From contig OZ024760.1 of NCBI GenBank assembly GCA_964016885.1, forward strand, positions 1,984,001 to 2,048,000: a DNA stretch of 64,000 nucleotides, read 5' to 3'. Position numbers and translations under genes: made by a program. Origin of the DNA: Eledone cirrhosa (lineage: Eukaryota). Below are positions 28,212 to 42,946 of this stretch, piece by piece. Under the pieces are notes generated by a model. The model ran no database searches. It was not told where the DNA came from and saw only the letters and a program-made list of their open reading frames with translations. Positions within the stretch are counted from its first letter, which is position 1. Each line of letters opens with the position of its first letter.

Positions 28212-28306
28212 ATGTGTGTGTATGCACACATTATATACATGTGCCCATACATACATATTTATGTATGTATGGGCACATGTATATAAAGTGTGCATACACA
28301 CACACA

Positions 28307-28420
28307 CGACCCAGGAAGAACTGGGATGAGAAGATAAAAGCTGATCTTGAGCAACTGAACCTCTCAAAGACAATAACATAGGATTGAGATCATTGGTGTT
28401 ATGCAGTAATACAGAAGACA
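28307..28420 (+). mobile_element. Decayed RTE-type LINE 3' fragment
   Basis: RPRKNWDEKIKADLEQLNLSKTIT*D*DHWCYAV, the RP..W....DL...DR..W C-terminal motif with stops. Confidence 0.55.
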
Positions 28421-28519
28421 GGCCTTTCCATGTACACAGACTCAAACATACACCTAGTAGGCACCTCTTAACCACTATACTATACCCACCCACTCCTGTC
28501 CACACCACCCTTACACTGT

Positions 28520-28990
28520 GAACAAGACATACCCAGCCCACACTGTAAAGTGGTTGTGTGGGAGATATGGCAAAAAGCACCCAGCAAACACTGTAAAGTG
28601 GTTCTGTAGGTGTCACGTCAAAAAGCACCCAGTCCACACTGTAAAATGGTTGGGTAGGTGTCACAGTAAAAAGCACCCAGTCCACACTGTAAAGTTGTTG
28701 TGTAGGTGTCACGGCAAAAAGCACCCAGCCCACACTGTAAAATGGTTGTGTAGATGTCACAACAAAAAGCACCCAGCCCACACTGTAAAATGGTTGTGTA
28801 GGTGTCACAACAAAAATCACCCACACTGTAATGGTGGATGGCATTAGGAAGGGCACCCAACTGTAGAAACCTAGCCAGAAACAGTTCTATATGAGTAAGA
28901 CACGGTCACCTGACCCAACTTGCCTTAAATGGGTCGACCCGTCCAACCCATGCTAGTGTGAAAAATGGACATTAAACAACGATGATGATG
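28520..28990 (+). mobile_element. Family B copy with an internal 48-bp tandem expansion (~6 units)
   Basis: Unit aaaaagcacccagcccacactgtaaaatggttgtgtaggtgtcacaac; ends in (ATG)n. Confidence 0.75.
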
Positions 28991-30793
28991 ATATATATAT
29001 ATATATATTAGGTATAAATTGAAGTTGTAGCTACCGTATAACAGGTACTATGCGTGTATGCAAATGAATGTATGGATGTGTGTTAGTGTTTAATGATGGA
29101 GTATATATGTAAACCAGCATTGTGTATGCGTGTGTGAATGTGTGTGTGGGTGGGTGTGAGTATGTGAACATGCGGACATTTTGGATTTTATTTTAAATTA
29201 TATATCTGACAATATAAATAACGATCTCTATGTACATTAATGTGTGTGGGAAGAGGTGTATGTGTGTGTATAGAGGGTGTATATTTACATGATGTATGTG
29301 TATACGGAATGCGTGTGTATATATATATATATATGTGTGTGTGTGTAAAGTGTTTGTGCATATATATATGTGTATGCCTGTATATGCCACCACCACTTCC
29401 ACCACCACCACCACCACAACCGTCACCGCCACCGCCAACAACAACTCTACTAGCAACACAACCACCACCACCACCAACGCCAACATCACTCCCCCCCACC
29501 ACCGCCATCTCCAGAATTAACTAACAACAACAACTCTACTAGTAACACAACCACTACCACCAACACCATCACCACCACCGCCACATCCACAACCACTGCC
29601 ACCACCACCACCACAACCTCCACAACAACCAGCTACAACAACTCTACCAGCCCCCCCCCCCCCCCCCCCATCACCACCGCCACCATCACCACCACCATAC
29701 AGACCCCCCAGCCCCCCCCCCCCTTTCCACACCACCACCACCAACAACATATTACATTTCGATCAACAGAATGATATTTTATATACCCAGTGCCCTTTTC
29801 AGATAAACCTCAAAAAAGCAAACGCTGGTATTTATTAACATTTCTCCATGCTTATTTTAGTAAAAGGGCAACACTCTCCACCATAGATGACAGCAGCAGT
29901 AGCAGCAACAGCAGCAGCAACAACAGCAATAGTAGCAACGGCAGCAGTAGCAATTTCTATAGTAACAACACCAAACATCACCCCCAAAACGTCATCAGAA
30001 CTTCAAACTTATTTTAGTAAAAGGCCAACACGTTCCACTATAGATGATAGCAGCAACAATAACGGCTACAGCAGCAGTAATTTCAATAGCAACAGCAACG
30101 GTAGCAACTGCAGCAGCCCCAAACATCATCGAAACGTCACCAGAACTAATAACTTATTGTAGTAAAATGCCAACACACTCCACCATAGATGACAGCAGCA
30201 GCAACAACGACAGCAGCAACAGCAACAATCCCAAACATCACCAAAACATGAGCAGAACTATCAACTAATCTATATATAAATTTGAGTGACTTCCATCCAT
30301 CACACAATCTGTGTATGTGTGTATGTGTATGTGTATGTGTTTATTTGAATGTATGTGTGTGTAAAAGAAAGGAAGGGGTGATGAAAAAACTATAGCAAAA
30401 CAGAAAGAGAGAGAGAGAGGGGGAGAGAGGGAGAGAGAGAGAGGGAGAGAGAGAAACAGAGAGAGAAAGAGCGTAGGGAAGAGAGAGAGACAGAAAAACA
30501 GATAGAATGGGTTTGGGAAGAGAGAGACAGAAAAACAGAAAGAGAATGGGTGTAGGGAAGAGAGAGAGAGGGTGAGAAAAAGGGGAGAGAGAGTGGAAAA
30601 GAGAGGGAAAGGATAACCAAGCAATGTATGATGGATTTTAAACCTGGCAACTTCATTGTTCTGTTCCATCCAGCATTCATTCCATAAATATCTCCCCACC
30701 TTCCATTGTTTCAGTTTAACTGAAACTTTAAGTAACATATTTTTATAAAATTCTACAACATAAATACATCTTTTCCTTAATTTCTTCCAGGCT

Positions 30794-31793
<1,000 letters not shown>

Positions 31794-32644
31794 TAACGAG
31801 CAGATCAATACTGGAGTCAGGTCCATAAACTTCTATGGGTGACTTTGAACCAATCCTCAGTGAAATGCACATAACACAATAAAAACCTAAATAAAAACCA
31901 AAGTATTTTTCTCAAAATAAATAATATCAAAATCTCATAGATTTGATATGTGAGGTAAAGCCTTTACCATGAAAATATATTAGTAAATATAAAGTAATGT
32001 AAATACTAAAGGGTTAACATAATTTCCAGGGATATTTAAGGTGGATGAAGAGTGTGACAAAGTTGGCCCTTTGATTTAGGGGTACAACTCAGCCAATTCT
32101 ACTGCCTTCCTTCATCTAATTAGGGTAAAACTAAAGAAACAAAAATGGTAAAATTTTAGATGAAGAGGCAGAGGGGGGGGGGGGTTTAAAGAAATATAAA
32201 AAGAATTTTTTTTCCCAAGACTGAACCATTAATCCATCCTATCACATAGTTTTATGTTTTATATTGGGGACTTTTATGTCTTGGAGCAGGGCAGGGGTGG
32301 TGGGATGGTGGTGGGGGATAAATCAAGACAGAAAACAGGAAATGGTGACCTCATAAATTACTGGTGAGAAGGAGAGAGAGAGAGAGACTGACTGAGAGAG
32401 GCAGAAAGACAACTAAGGAGAAAAGGAAAGAGTATATAAAAATACACCTCCCTCTCCTACATCCACCCTTTGTCCTCAATTAAATACCTAAATGAGAGGA
32501 CCCTCTACAAGCCTTTCCCTTTGTCCAAATCTGCTAGAAATAACAGCCAAATTACCCTGAAATCATATTATATGGGTAGTGGAATGGCAGAGCACCAGAG
32601 AACATGTTTTGCAGCATAGAGTTACATCCCTTAACAATCTGATT

Positions 32645-33850
32645 TTAAACCCAGTCTTGACATCAACAGTGTTAAAACCAGAGCCAGTTTTAGAAGGCTT
32701 GACACCAAAAGTGTTAAAAACAGCCAGTTTTAGAAGGCTTGACATCAAAAGTGTTTAAAACAGTCAGTTTTAGCAGGCTTCACATCAAAAGAGTTAAAAA
32801 CAGCCAATTTTAGCAGGCTTCACATCAAAAGAGTTAAAAACAGCCAGTTTTAGCAGGCTTCACATCAAAAGAGTTAAAAACAGTGCAAGTTTTAGAAGGC
32901 TTGACACCAGAAGTGTTAAAACCAGAGCCAGGTTTAACAGGCTTAACACCAGAAGTGTTAAAACCAGAGCCACTTTTAGCAGGGTTGACATCAAAAGTAT
33001 TAAAAGCAACCAGTTTTAACATGCTTGACATCAAAAGTCTTATAAACAGAACTAGTTTTAGAAGGCTTGACACTAGAAGTGCTAAAACCAGACCCAGTTT
33101 TAGCAGGGTTGACATCAAAAGTGTTAAAACCAGACCTAGTTTTAGCAGGGTTGACATCGAAAGTGTTAAAAACAGCCAGTTTTAATAGGATTGACATCAA
33201 AAGTGTTAAAAACAGCCAGTTTTAACAGGGTTGACATCAAAAGTGTTAAAAACAGCCAGTTTTAACAGGGTTGACATGAAAAGTGTTAAAAACAGCCAGT
33301 TTTAACAGGGTTGACACCAAAAGTGTTAAAAACAGCCAGTTTTAACAGGGTTGACATGAAAAGTGTTAAAAACAGCCAGTTTTAACAGGGTTGACATGAA
33401 AAGTGTTAAAAACAGCCAGTTTTAACAGGGTTGACATCAAAAGTGTTAAAAACAGCCAGTTTTAACAGGGTTGACATGAAAAGTGTTAAAAACAGCCAGT
33501 TTTAACAGGGTTGACACCAAAAGTGTTAAAAACAGCCAGTTTTAACAGGGTTGACATGAAAAGTGTTAAAAACAGCCAGTTTTAACAGGGTTGACACCAA
33601 AAGTGTTAAAAACAGCCAGTTTTAACAGGGTTGACATGAAAAGTGTTAAAAACAGCCAGTTTTAACAGGGTTGACATCAAAAGTGTTAAAAACAGCCAGT
33701 TTTAACAGGGTTGACATGAAAAGTGTTAAAAACAGCCAGTTTTAACAGGGTTGACATCAAAAGTGTTAAAAACAGCCAGTTTTAACAGGGTTGACACCAA
33801 AAGTGTTAAAAACAGCCAGTTTTAATAGGCTTGACATCAGAAGTATTAAA
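32645..33850. repeat. 40-bp tandem satellite (~30 copies; diverged at left, homogeneous at right)
   Basis: Unit aagtgttaaaaacagccagttttaacagggttgacat(c/g)aa. Confidence 0.93.
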
Positions 33851-34435
33851 AAACCAACTTCTATCTGAGAAACCAACTGTAGCATATTCTAAAACAACAA
33901 AAAATATTCGTTTTTTTCTTCTCTTTTTATCTTCTGGTTCTTTCTATTTCTTTAAAGTTCCTTCATGATGTATTTTTCATTATGTCTGAAAATGCTCCCT
34001 TGTACACTAAATATATATCTACAGAGTTAGATTGTCTATATAAAGTTGTTGAAAAAATATATATGTATGTTATAACAAAAGAAATATGAAAAAATATATA
34101 TTTATTTTTTTAATATATATATGTGTGTACATATACATCTGTGTCTGTATGTAGACAAATATATATATATAAACATATATATATATATATATACACACAC
34201 ATAAATATATGTATATGTGTGTGTGTATATATATACACACATACACACATATATATATACTTATATACACGCACATATCAGTACACATATGTATATATGT
34301 GTGTTAGATGTACAAATGGTAATGATAATGTATGAGTATGTAAGTGTGTATATATGTATATGTATATATACATACATATATATATATACATACATATACA
34401 TACATACACATACATACATACATATATATATATTT

Positions 34436-34466
<31 letters not shown>

Positions 34467-34471
34467 CAAAT

Positions 34472-34505
<34 letters not shown>

Positions 34506-35162
34506 CTATATACACATGCACACACACTTGAATATACACATAAATCGTTGGGTATTTTGGCTGCCAAAATGAGAATGTAATACAAGAGATAGAACAAAGA
34601 AAAGTCTAAAAGAAACTCATCTACAGTAAAGTAAACTACATAACAACAGAAAGACTTTTATATTGGCTTGTATAATCATTAAGGTGCCAGCTTACTCTTG
34701 TATAATCCTCTGGGGAAGGAATGATGAACAAGACAAAACAAGAGAGAAGCAGAAAAATATGGTTTTATATATGTAAATATATATATAGTATATATATATA
34801 GTATATATATGTGTATGTATATGTATGAGAAAAATATGGTTTTATATATGTAAATATATATATAGTATGTATATGTATGTATATATATATATATATACAT
34901 ACACACACATATATACACACACATATATATATATATAAAAGCGGACGTAAAATGAAATAATGATGAAATGATGATATATATATATATATATATATATATG
35001 CATGTGTTTGTGTATCTATATATATATCTATATATAAAAGACACAAGAGGCAATTCATACACAGTTATATTAGATTCACGCTTATATATATATATGCATA
35101 TATATATATGCATATATATTTATGTATATATGTATGTATGTTTGTGAATGTATGTATATATA

Positions 35163-35207
<45 letters not shown>

Positions 35208-35353
35208 ATACATTTATATATATACATACATGTATAAGTATATATGTATATCAAGTGTAAATCTAATATATGACTTCATTGCACTGTGTCGGTTGCTTTG
35301 TTTTTTCTGTTTACTTTTTGCATACACACACTCACACATATATATATATATAT

Positions 35354-35405
<52 letters not shown>

Positions 35406-35864
35406 ATATATATGTATATATATATATGTGTGTGTATAAATATATATATAGAGAGAGAGAGTGAGAGAGAGATCGAAAGAGAGTTAGTTCCACAACAAAT
35501 TAGCTTCCGTTCTTACTACAGCCATACAAGGGTAGAACATCCATCCAGTGAAACACGTGTCCTTGAGTATGGACTGCTAATTCATTGGGCAACTATCTCT
35601 TTACCAAACTCATCCTCTGGACTAAATGCTCTACTTGCTATGGATATAACCTCCCAGTTTTTTACCACTACACACACACACACACAAATATTTATATGTA
35701 CGTGTATTTGTATACCTATGGCGAGTGTTTTCACGTATGCTTGTGTATGTACGTATTTGGATGCGTGTATGTATTTATTTAATTTCTATTACCTCTGTAT
35801 TGTATTTTATTTACTTTATTCTTAACTCTGAAGCGAAGAATCATTCGGTTTCCTAGTTAGAATT

Positions 35865-36280
35865 TTAGTCTGCGACTTCTGCTATACCATTTACGTGGTT
35901 CTGTCTTTGCGTGCAATTGTTCTCCACGCTCCACATATGACGTATTATCTTCGTTTTTTCCGTTCATTGCCAGAGAACGTCTCTATGAACCACCTAAGAG
36001 AACATTAGTCTATGACTTCTTTTATACCATAAACGTGGTTCTGTCTTTGCGTGTAATTGTTTTTCACTGCTCCTATTAATGACGTATTATCTTCGTTTTT
36101 TTCCCGTTCTTTACCAGGGAACGTCTCTATGAACCACCTAAGAGAACATTAGTCTATGACTTCTTTTATACCATAAACGTGGTTCTGTCTTTGCGTGTAA
36201 TTGTTTTTTACTGCTCCTATTAATGACGTATTATATTCGTTTTGTCCCGTTCTTTGCCAGGGAACGTTTCCACGAACCAA
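35865..36280. repeat. ~142-bp tandem repeat, ~3 copies
   Basis: gacttct...acgtggttctgtctttgcgtg anchors at ~35874, 36014 and 36158. Confidence 0.85.
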
Positions 36281-36354
36281 AGTATCGTCTTCCTATCTTC
36301 CTCCGTTGCAACATTTTTTGAAATATTCACTTTTGCGTTTACAGATTGACTTTG

Positions 36355-36395
36355 TTAGTTTCAGAAGATCCCGTTAAGGGTGAAAGCAGCGATTC
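36355..36395 (+). ncRNA. Degenerate hammerhead-like motif
   Basis: CAGAAGA-tccc-gttaa-gggt-GAAA, one change from CTGAAGA. Lies ~40 bp upstream of a (TA)n tract and downstream of ~142-bp tandem repeats. Stems I and III are not clear. Confidence 0.3.
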
Positions 36396-36711
36396 TTTGC
36401 TTAAACTTTAATCTGTTATTTTAATAAATATATATATATATATATATAGAAAAGAATGAAACGAAATTTCATTTCTCACTCTTCGTATGGCTGATACTTA
36501 AATGTAAGTATGTATGTATACGTACATACATATATGTATACAGACGTACAGTAGTATGTATATATATATACATACATGCACACATATATATATGTACATA
36601 TATATATGTGTGCATGTATGTATATATATATATACATACTACTGTACGTCTGTATACATATATGTATGTACGTATACATACATACTTACATTTATATATA
36701 TATATATCAAA

Positions 36712-37793
36712 TAATTGTTTCTACTTTTGGCACAAGGCCAGCAATTATCCCAGTGTATTACTGGTACTTTATTTTATCGACCCCATAAGGATGAAAGGCA
36801 AATTTAACCTTGGCGGGATTTGAACTCGGAATGGCAAGGGCCATAACTCTATGCGTCAAAACATGGTGCCTGACCCTCTACTGATTCTGCCAATCCATAT
36901 AAAAAAATGGTAGTTAAGATGGGATTAAATCACCATAATTGTTTATTGCATTATATATATTTCTGTTACATGGTTATTCATGTGACTTCATCAGATGCTT
37001 ACGTAAATTACACTATAATGTTTTATTCTTTTACAGGGGCCAACTCATGTTATCATAGTGTTGATTTATACTTTCTAAGAATGTCTCAGTAAGGTAGTTT
37101 CACGTGGTTTGTTAATTCAAATGTTTATAGTATCTTTACCAGTGGACAGATCATTGTGAAACTTTTACTGTATTAAGACTTTAATTTATAATTGTTTCTA
37201 CTTTTGGCACAAGGCCAGCAATTACCCCAGTGTATTACTTGTGATTTAGTAATATAATAAACTTTCTCATTATTAAGCTGGTGTTTGGAACATAACTTAA
37301 CAAAAGTTCTTTGTTAAATTATGTTCCAAACACCAACTTAATAATGGTTTCTGATTTAGGCACCAGGCCAACAATTTTTGGGGAAAGGGGAAAGTAGATT
37401 AAATCGACACCAGTGTATTACTGGTATATTATTTTATCGACCCCATAAGGATGAAAGGCAAAGTTAACCTCGGTGGGATTTGAACTTAGATCATAAAAGG
37501 CCGTAACTCTATGCTACAAAGCATGGCATCCAACCCTCTACCGATACTGTCAATCCACATCATTTATTTATAATGTGATGCAGTCATAATTGTTTCTATT
37601 TTAGGCACAAGGCCAGCAATTATCCAGTACATTACTGGTACTTTATTTTATCGACCCCGTAAGGATGAAAGGCAAAGTTAACCTCGGCAGGATTTGAACT
37701 CAGATCGTAAAGGGACGTAACTATGCTGGAAAGCATGTCCGACCCTCTACCGATACTACCAATTCACCACCCTCAATGTGATGCAGTCATAAT
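36712..37793 (-). mobile_element. Cluster of minus-strand SINE family A copies (36712-36897, 37190-37237 partial, 37345-37558, 37588-37770)
   Basis: The last copy is flanked by the 19-bp TSD aatgtgatgcagtcataat (37572-37590, 37775-37793). Confidence 0.85.
36948..36998 (-). ncRNA. Minimal type I hammerhead ribozyme motif
   Basis: Minus strand reads gcat-CTGATGA-a-gtcacatg-aataac-catgtaac-a-GAAA-TATATAT-A-atgc. Stem I gcat/atgc (extendable), palindromic stem III, AUA triplet. Confidence 0.65.
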
Positions 37794-37844
37794 GCTGTTA
37801 TGTACCTTTCAAGAATGACTTGCTAATGTGGTTTGTTAATTCAA

Positions 37845-38200
37845 ATCATCATCATTTAACGTCTGTCTTCCACGCTAGCATGGGTTAGATGGGAGTTGTC
37901 CCATTTGAGGCAAAATTGGTTGGGTGACCACGTCTCGCTCGTATAGTACTGGATCTGGCAGCTTCTCTACGGTTGGATGCCCTTCCTAACACCAACCACA
38001 TTTACATTGTGGACTGCGAGCTTTTTACCATGTCTCCTACATGACCACATTACGGCATGGACTGGGTGTTTTTTTTTTGTTGTGAATCCCCCACGGCCTC
38101 ATTAGTTTGGACTGGATGTTGTGGTACCAATATAACTTTATAGTGAAAGGGTGGTGTTGGCAGGAGTGGTAGGATGGAGTAGGGTTAGTGGGTTGGGGTG
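37845..38200 (-). mobile_element. Family B copy
   Basis: Homologous to 2004-2330. Confidence 0.7.
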
Positions 38201-39048
38201 TATGTTTATAGTATCTTTACCTGTAGACAGATCTTCAAGAAAATTTACAATATTATAGTAAAGAGCTAAATTATTAATTGTTTCTACTTTTGGCACAAGG
38301 CCAGCAATTCCCCCAGTGCATTACTGGTACTTTATTCTCATATGATTTGGTGTGGTTCAGGACATTAACAGTTAAAGCAACAATCATAGCCAGATTAACA
38401 AGGCATACACTCTGTGTGTTTGTTTGTGTGTGTGTTTCTCTGTGTGTGTATGTATGTATGTGTGTGTGTGTTTCTGTGTGTGTGTGTGTTTCTGTGTGTG
38501 TATGTATGTGTTTCTGTTTCTGTGTGTGTATATGTGTGTGTGTGTGTTTCTGTGTGTATGTATGTGTGTGTGTGTGTGTTTCTGTGTGTGTATGTATGTG
38601 TGTGTGTGTGTTTATGTGTGTGTATGTACGTGTTTGTGTGTGTGTATGTACGTGTTTGTGTGTGTGTTTCTCTGTGTGTGTATGTATGTTTGTGTTTCTG
38701 TGTGTGTGTGTGTGTGTTTATGTGTGTGTATGTACGTGTTTGTGTGTGTATGTACGTGTTTGTGTGTGTGTTTCTCTGTGTGTGTATGTATGTTTGTGTT
38801 TCTGTGTGTGTGTGTGTTTCTGTGTGTGTATGTATGTGTTTGTGTGTGTATGTATGTGTTTGTGTGTGTGTATGTATGTGTTTGTGTGTGTGTGTATGTA
38901 TGTGTGTGTGTGTGTATGTATGTGTGTGTGTGTATGTATGTGTGTGTGTGTGTATGTATGTGTGTGGGTGTATGTATGTGTTTGTGTGATTTTAGCCAGA
39001 GTTTCATTCATAAGCTTCCTATTTCAGTGGTTCTGGCTTCAGGAAAGC

Positions 39049-39100
<52 letters not shown>

Positions 39101-39221
39101 GCAACAACAACAACACCACCACCACCAACAACAACACCAACAACAATCTGACCTACATCATATCTGAAGCAACAATGGAAGAAGGTGTGACAGACAATGA
39201 AAGAGTACAAAAACCTGGACT

Positions 39222-39296
<75 letters not shown>

Positions 39297-40599
39297 GTGT
39301 GTGTGTGGTGTGTATGTATATGAGTGTATATGTGTGTAGAGGTTAGGTTGTTAACCTTATCTCCTGGTTGTCTGTCATACTATTATCTTTATGTGTGTGT
39401 GCCTTGTCTATATATATCTATATATATATATATATACACACACATATCTATATATATATATATAGATAGATATGTTTCTTTATTAGCCACAGGGGCACAA
39501 AAGAAGGGGCCAAATACAAAGGGGAAAGTTTACATACAAACAAACAAAATAGATGAAGCTAAGGAAGAGTTTGTGAAGTTTTATGCATCCACCAAGCAAG
39601 ACTGTGTATGTGTATATATGTATGTGTATGTATATATGTATGTATATATGTATGTGTATGTATATATGTATGTATATATGTATGTGTATGTATATATGTA
39701 TGTGTATCTATATCGATATATATATGTGTAAGCCTTTCATATAAATATCTATCTATCTATCTATATATATATAGAGATATTTATATGAAAGGCTTACACA
39801 TATATATATCGATATAGATACACATACATATATACATACACATACATATATACATACATATATACACACACACAGTCTTGCTTGGTGGATGCATAAAACT
39901 TCACAAACTCTTCCTTAGCTTCATCTATTTTGTTTGTTTGTTAATTTATTAGTATGTTACTTTTTGTTGGTGTGTTTATGTTTGTGTATATATATATATG
40001 TGTTGTTTTGCTATATTTGTTTCACCCCACACTTCATATTGATAGAAGGTTAATAGTATCTTATAGCCCAGCCATACAATAGCCCTCTTATCAAAGCAAA
40101 CCATCAGCAACTTCAATTCAGTGAGGATAAGATAGGATATAAAATATTTTCTACTATAACAGCAATCAGATCTATGCTTCTTCTTCTTCTCCTCAAATTT
40201 TATTACACATATTATTTGGATTTTTATCAATTCTATTCAGTTCTCTCCTCTTTTTTTGTCCCCCCATCCCAACATTTGACTATTTTTATTTTTTATTTTT
40301 TTTGGGGGGTGGGGTGGTTATGATTTTTTTTTTTTACTTTCTATCTCTCTAGCCAATATTACACATATTATTTGGATTGTTATCATTTTTATTCAGTTCT
40401 CCCCTTTTTTTTGTCCCCACCCCAACACTTGACTATTTTTTCTTTTTTCTTTTCAATTTTTAGGGGGTTTTTTGTAAGGGGGTTGATCTTTTTTTTTTTT
40501 TTTTTTTACTTTCTATCTCTCTAGCCAAGAAATCTAAAATGAATTCCTATACTAAAAAGGGTTGTTTGTGAATGAAAAAGAAAAGCAAAGGAAAGGAGC

Positions 40600-41440
40600 T
40601 GATTGTCATCAGATCAGACCAAGGAAACTGTGTGTCTTTCTGTTGGTCTCTTTCCATTGTTGATACTATCTTCCGGGTCATCAGATCAGACCTAGGAACT
40701 GTATTCATATTTACCCTTCCATTGTTGATACCATCTGTTGGTCACCACAACAGACAAAGAAATTGGTTTTTTCCATTGCTGAAACTATCGGCTCGTCAGA
40801 TCAAACCAATGAAAGAATATTTCCATTGCTCTTTCCATTATTGATATTATCAGTGGATTGGCAGTGTCGGTAGAGCGTCAGACTCCATGCTTTGCAGCAT
40901 CAGTAAAGCGTCAGACTCCATGCCTTGCAGCATAGAGTTATGGCACCTTTACGTTCTGAGTTGAAATCCCACCGAGGTTAACTTTGCCTTTCATCCTTAC
41001 TGGGTCGATAAAATAAAGTACCAGTAATGCACTGAGGTAATGGCTGGCCTTGTGCCAAAAGTAGAAACAATTATTGATATTATCTACTGATCATTAGATC
41101 AGACCAAGGAAATTGTATTTCTATTGGTCTTTTCATTGCTGTTACTATCTTATAGTCATTAGATAAGATCAGACCAAGAAAAGAATATTTATATCGATCG
41201 ATCATTTATATTGATCTTTCTATTATTGGTAATATCTGTTGACCATCAGATCAAACCAAGGAGAGAATATTTCTATTGGTCTTTCCATTGCTGTTATTAT
41301 CTTCCGTTCATACCTCCTGGCAGAAGAAAGGAAAGAGCGTGGCTGGTGATCAGACCAAGCCAAGGAAACAATGTTTCCATTATTTTTTCTATCGGTCATT
41401 CAATTGTTGATACTGTCTACAAGTTGTCAAATTGAACCAA
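40600..41440. repeat. Old degenerate tandem repeat (~60-70 bp) interrupted by a SINE
   Basis: Recurring tcagatcagaccaagg...tccattgttgatactatc. Confidence 0.65.
40853..41074 (+). mobile_element. SINE family A with 15-bp TSD and an internal head duplication
   Basis: TSD attattgatattatc on both sides; agcgtcagactccatgc..tgcagcat is duplicated. Confidence 0.88.
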
Positions 41441-41535
41441 GGTGGTGCCCCAGCTAGGCCACATTCCAATGTTTGAAAGCAGTTAAAGATTAAAAGAATA
41501 TACTGACAAAATACTATTTGAATGCGCGTAAATCT

Positions 41536-41823
41536 TTTAAACCAGCCATATCCGGCCAGAATTCTCTCACCTCTTTCTGTTCAAACCAGCTATAACCAGC
41601 TGCTCATACTTATGTTAAGGTATTGTTCACAAAATGAATAATATCAAAATCTCATAGATTCAATATTATGTGAGATAATTATGTGAGATAAAGCCTTTAC
41701 TGTGAAAATACAATAGTAAATACAGAGTAATGTAAATGTTATGTGAGGTAATTTTGAGAGGTAAAGTGTTTACCATGAAAATACAATAATAAATATAAAG
41801 TAATGTAAATGGAAAAGGGTTAA
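41536..41823. mobile_element. Family D MITE with a duplicated 3' part
   Basis: Matches the family D interior; ends aaagggttaa. Confidence 0.7.
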
Positions 41824-42006
41824 GGTGTTTTCTATTTACCATTCCTCTCGCACTCATGAAACAGGTGTATAGAAATATTGAAATTTCAGAATTTTACCAT
41901 ACTTAATTAAGTTTTTTTACTTGCTATCTGATTTGGAAATAATTAGAATTTTACCATCTATGTAAGTTCTTTGACTTGCTATCTGATTTTTCTTTGACAA
42001 AGCATC

Positions 42007-42056
<50 letters not shown>

Positions 42057-42946
42057 AAGTAAGTATGTTTTGAAACAGTGAGCAGGTTTGAAATTAGAAA
42101 ATAGAATAGCTTTCACCGTATTTTTGACTAAATTAATTTTAGCCTGATAATGGGGTTTAGTCAAAAATACGGTGAAAGATATATATATGTGTATATATGT
42201 GTGTGTGTGTGTGTGTGTGTATATATTTAACATGTAACCCAGTACAACCTGTCTCATGGTCGAGTCATCGGCGACTAAATCAAACTAAACCAGACTAAAC
42301 CAGACTAAACCGGAGGGTGTAGACATATTTTTCTAGACAATTTCTTACCCTTGGATTATTGTTTTGCTGCTCCTAATGAAAATTATTAAATTATATATTA
42401 GTAGAACTGACTTTAGGTTCTAATAATAATTATCTCTAACACTTTGGTTAACCTGTATTTTTGTCAGATTAATTAATATTAATTAATATTTTAATATATG
42501 TATTTCATGAAGGATACATAAGAAGGAAAATATATATAATTTTGATATGTGAAATTTTTGTTAAATTTTAATATGATACTGTAATGAACCATGTATTCTT
42601 ACATTCTATACAGATTGTCTCCTGTTAAAGTTGATATTTTCTATTGTACATTCATATTCATATATGTATGTATATATGCCATTCACTATTTTGTAATAAA
42701 TAAATGTTCGGATTTATTCCTTGAATTTTTCTTTGAGCTTATTCTACAGGTGATAAGGTGCATGTTTGAGATTATCTGAAACATGACATCTATAATTTTA
42801 AATGTAATATTTATATATGTATATATACACACACACATGCATATATATATATATATATATACACATACATACACACATGAATATATATATATTTATATAT
42901 ATACATACACATACATACAGACATGAATATATATCATCATCGTCGT

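Noticed and set aside
27797-28381. 194-aa ORF as a host gene
   Set aside because: It is a chance fusion of antisense LINE sequence, an RT fragment, microsatellite and a second LINE fragment.
37036-37095. AG...GT-bounded candidate exon (similar at ~9835, ~42750, ~53788)
   Set aside because: Stops in the usable frames or no ferlin similarity. The neighbouring otoferlin exons (...DPYV... and ...FLPT.GP...) were not found by eye.
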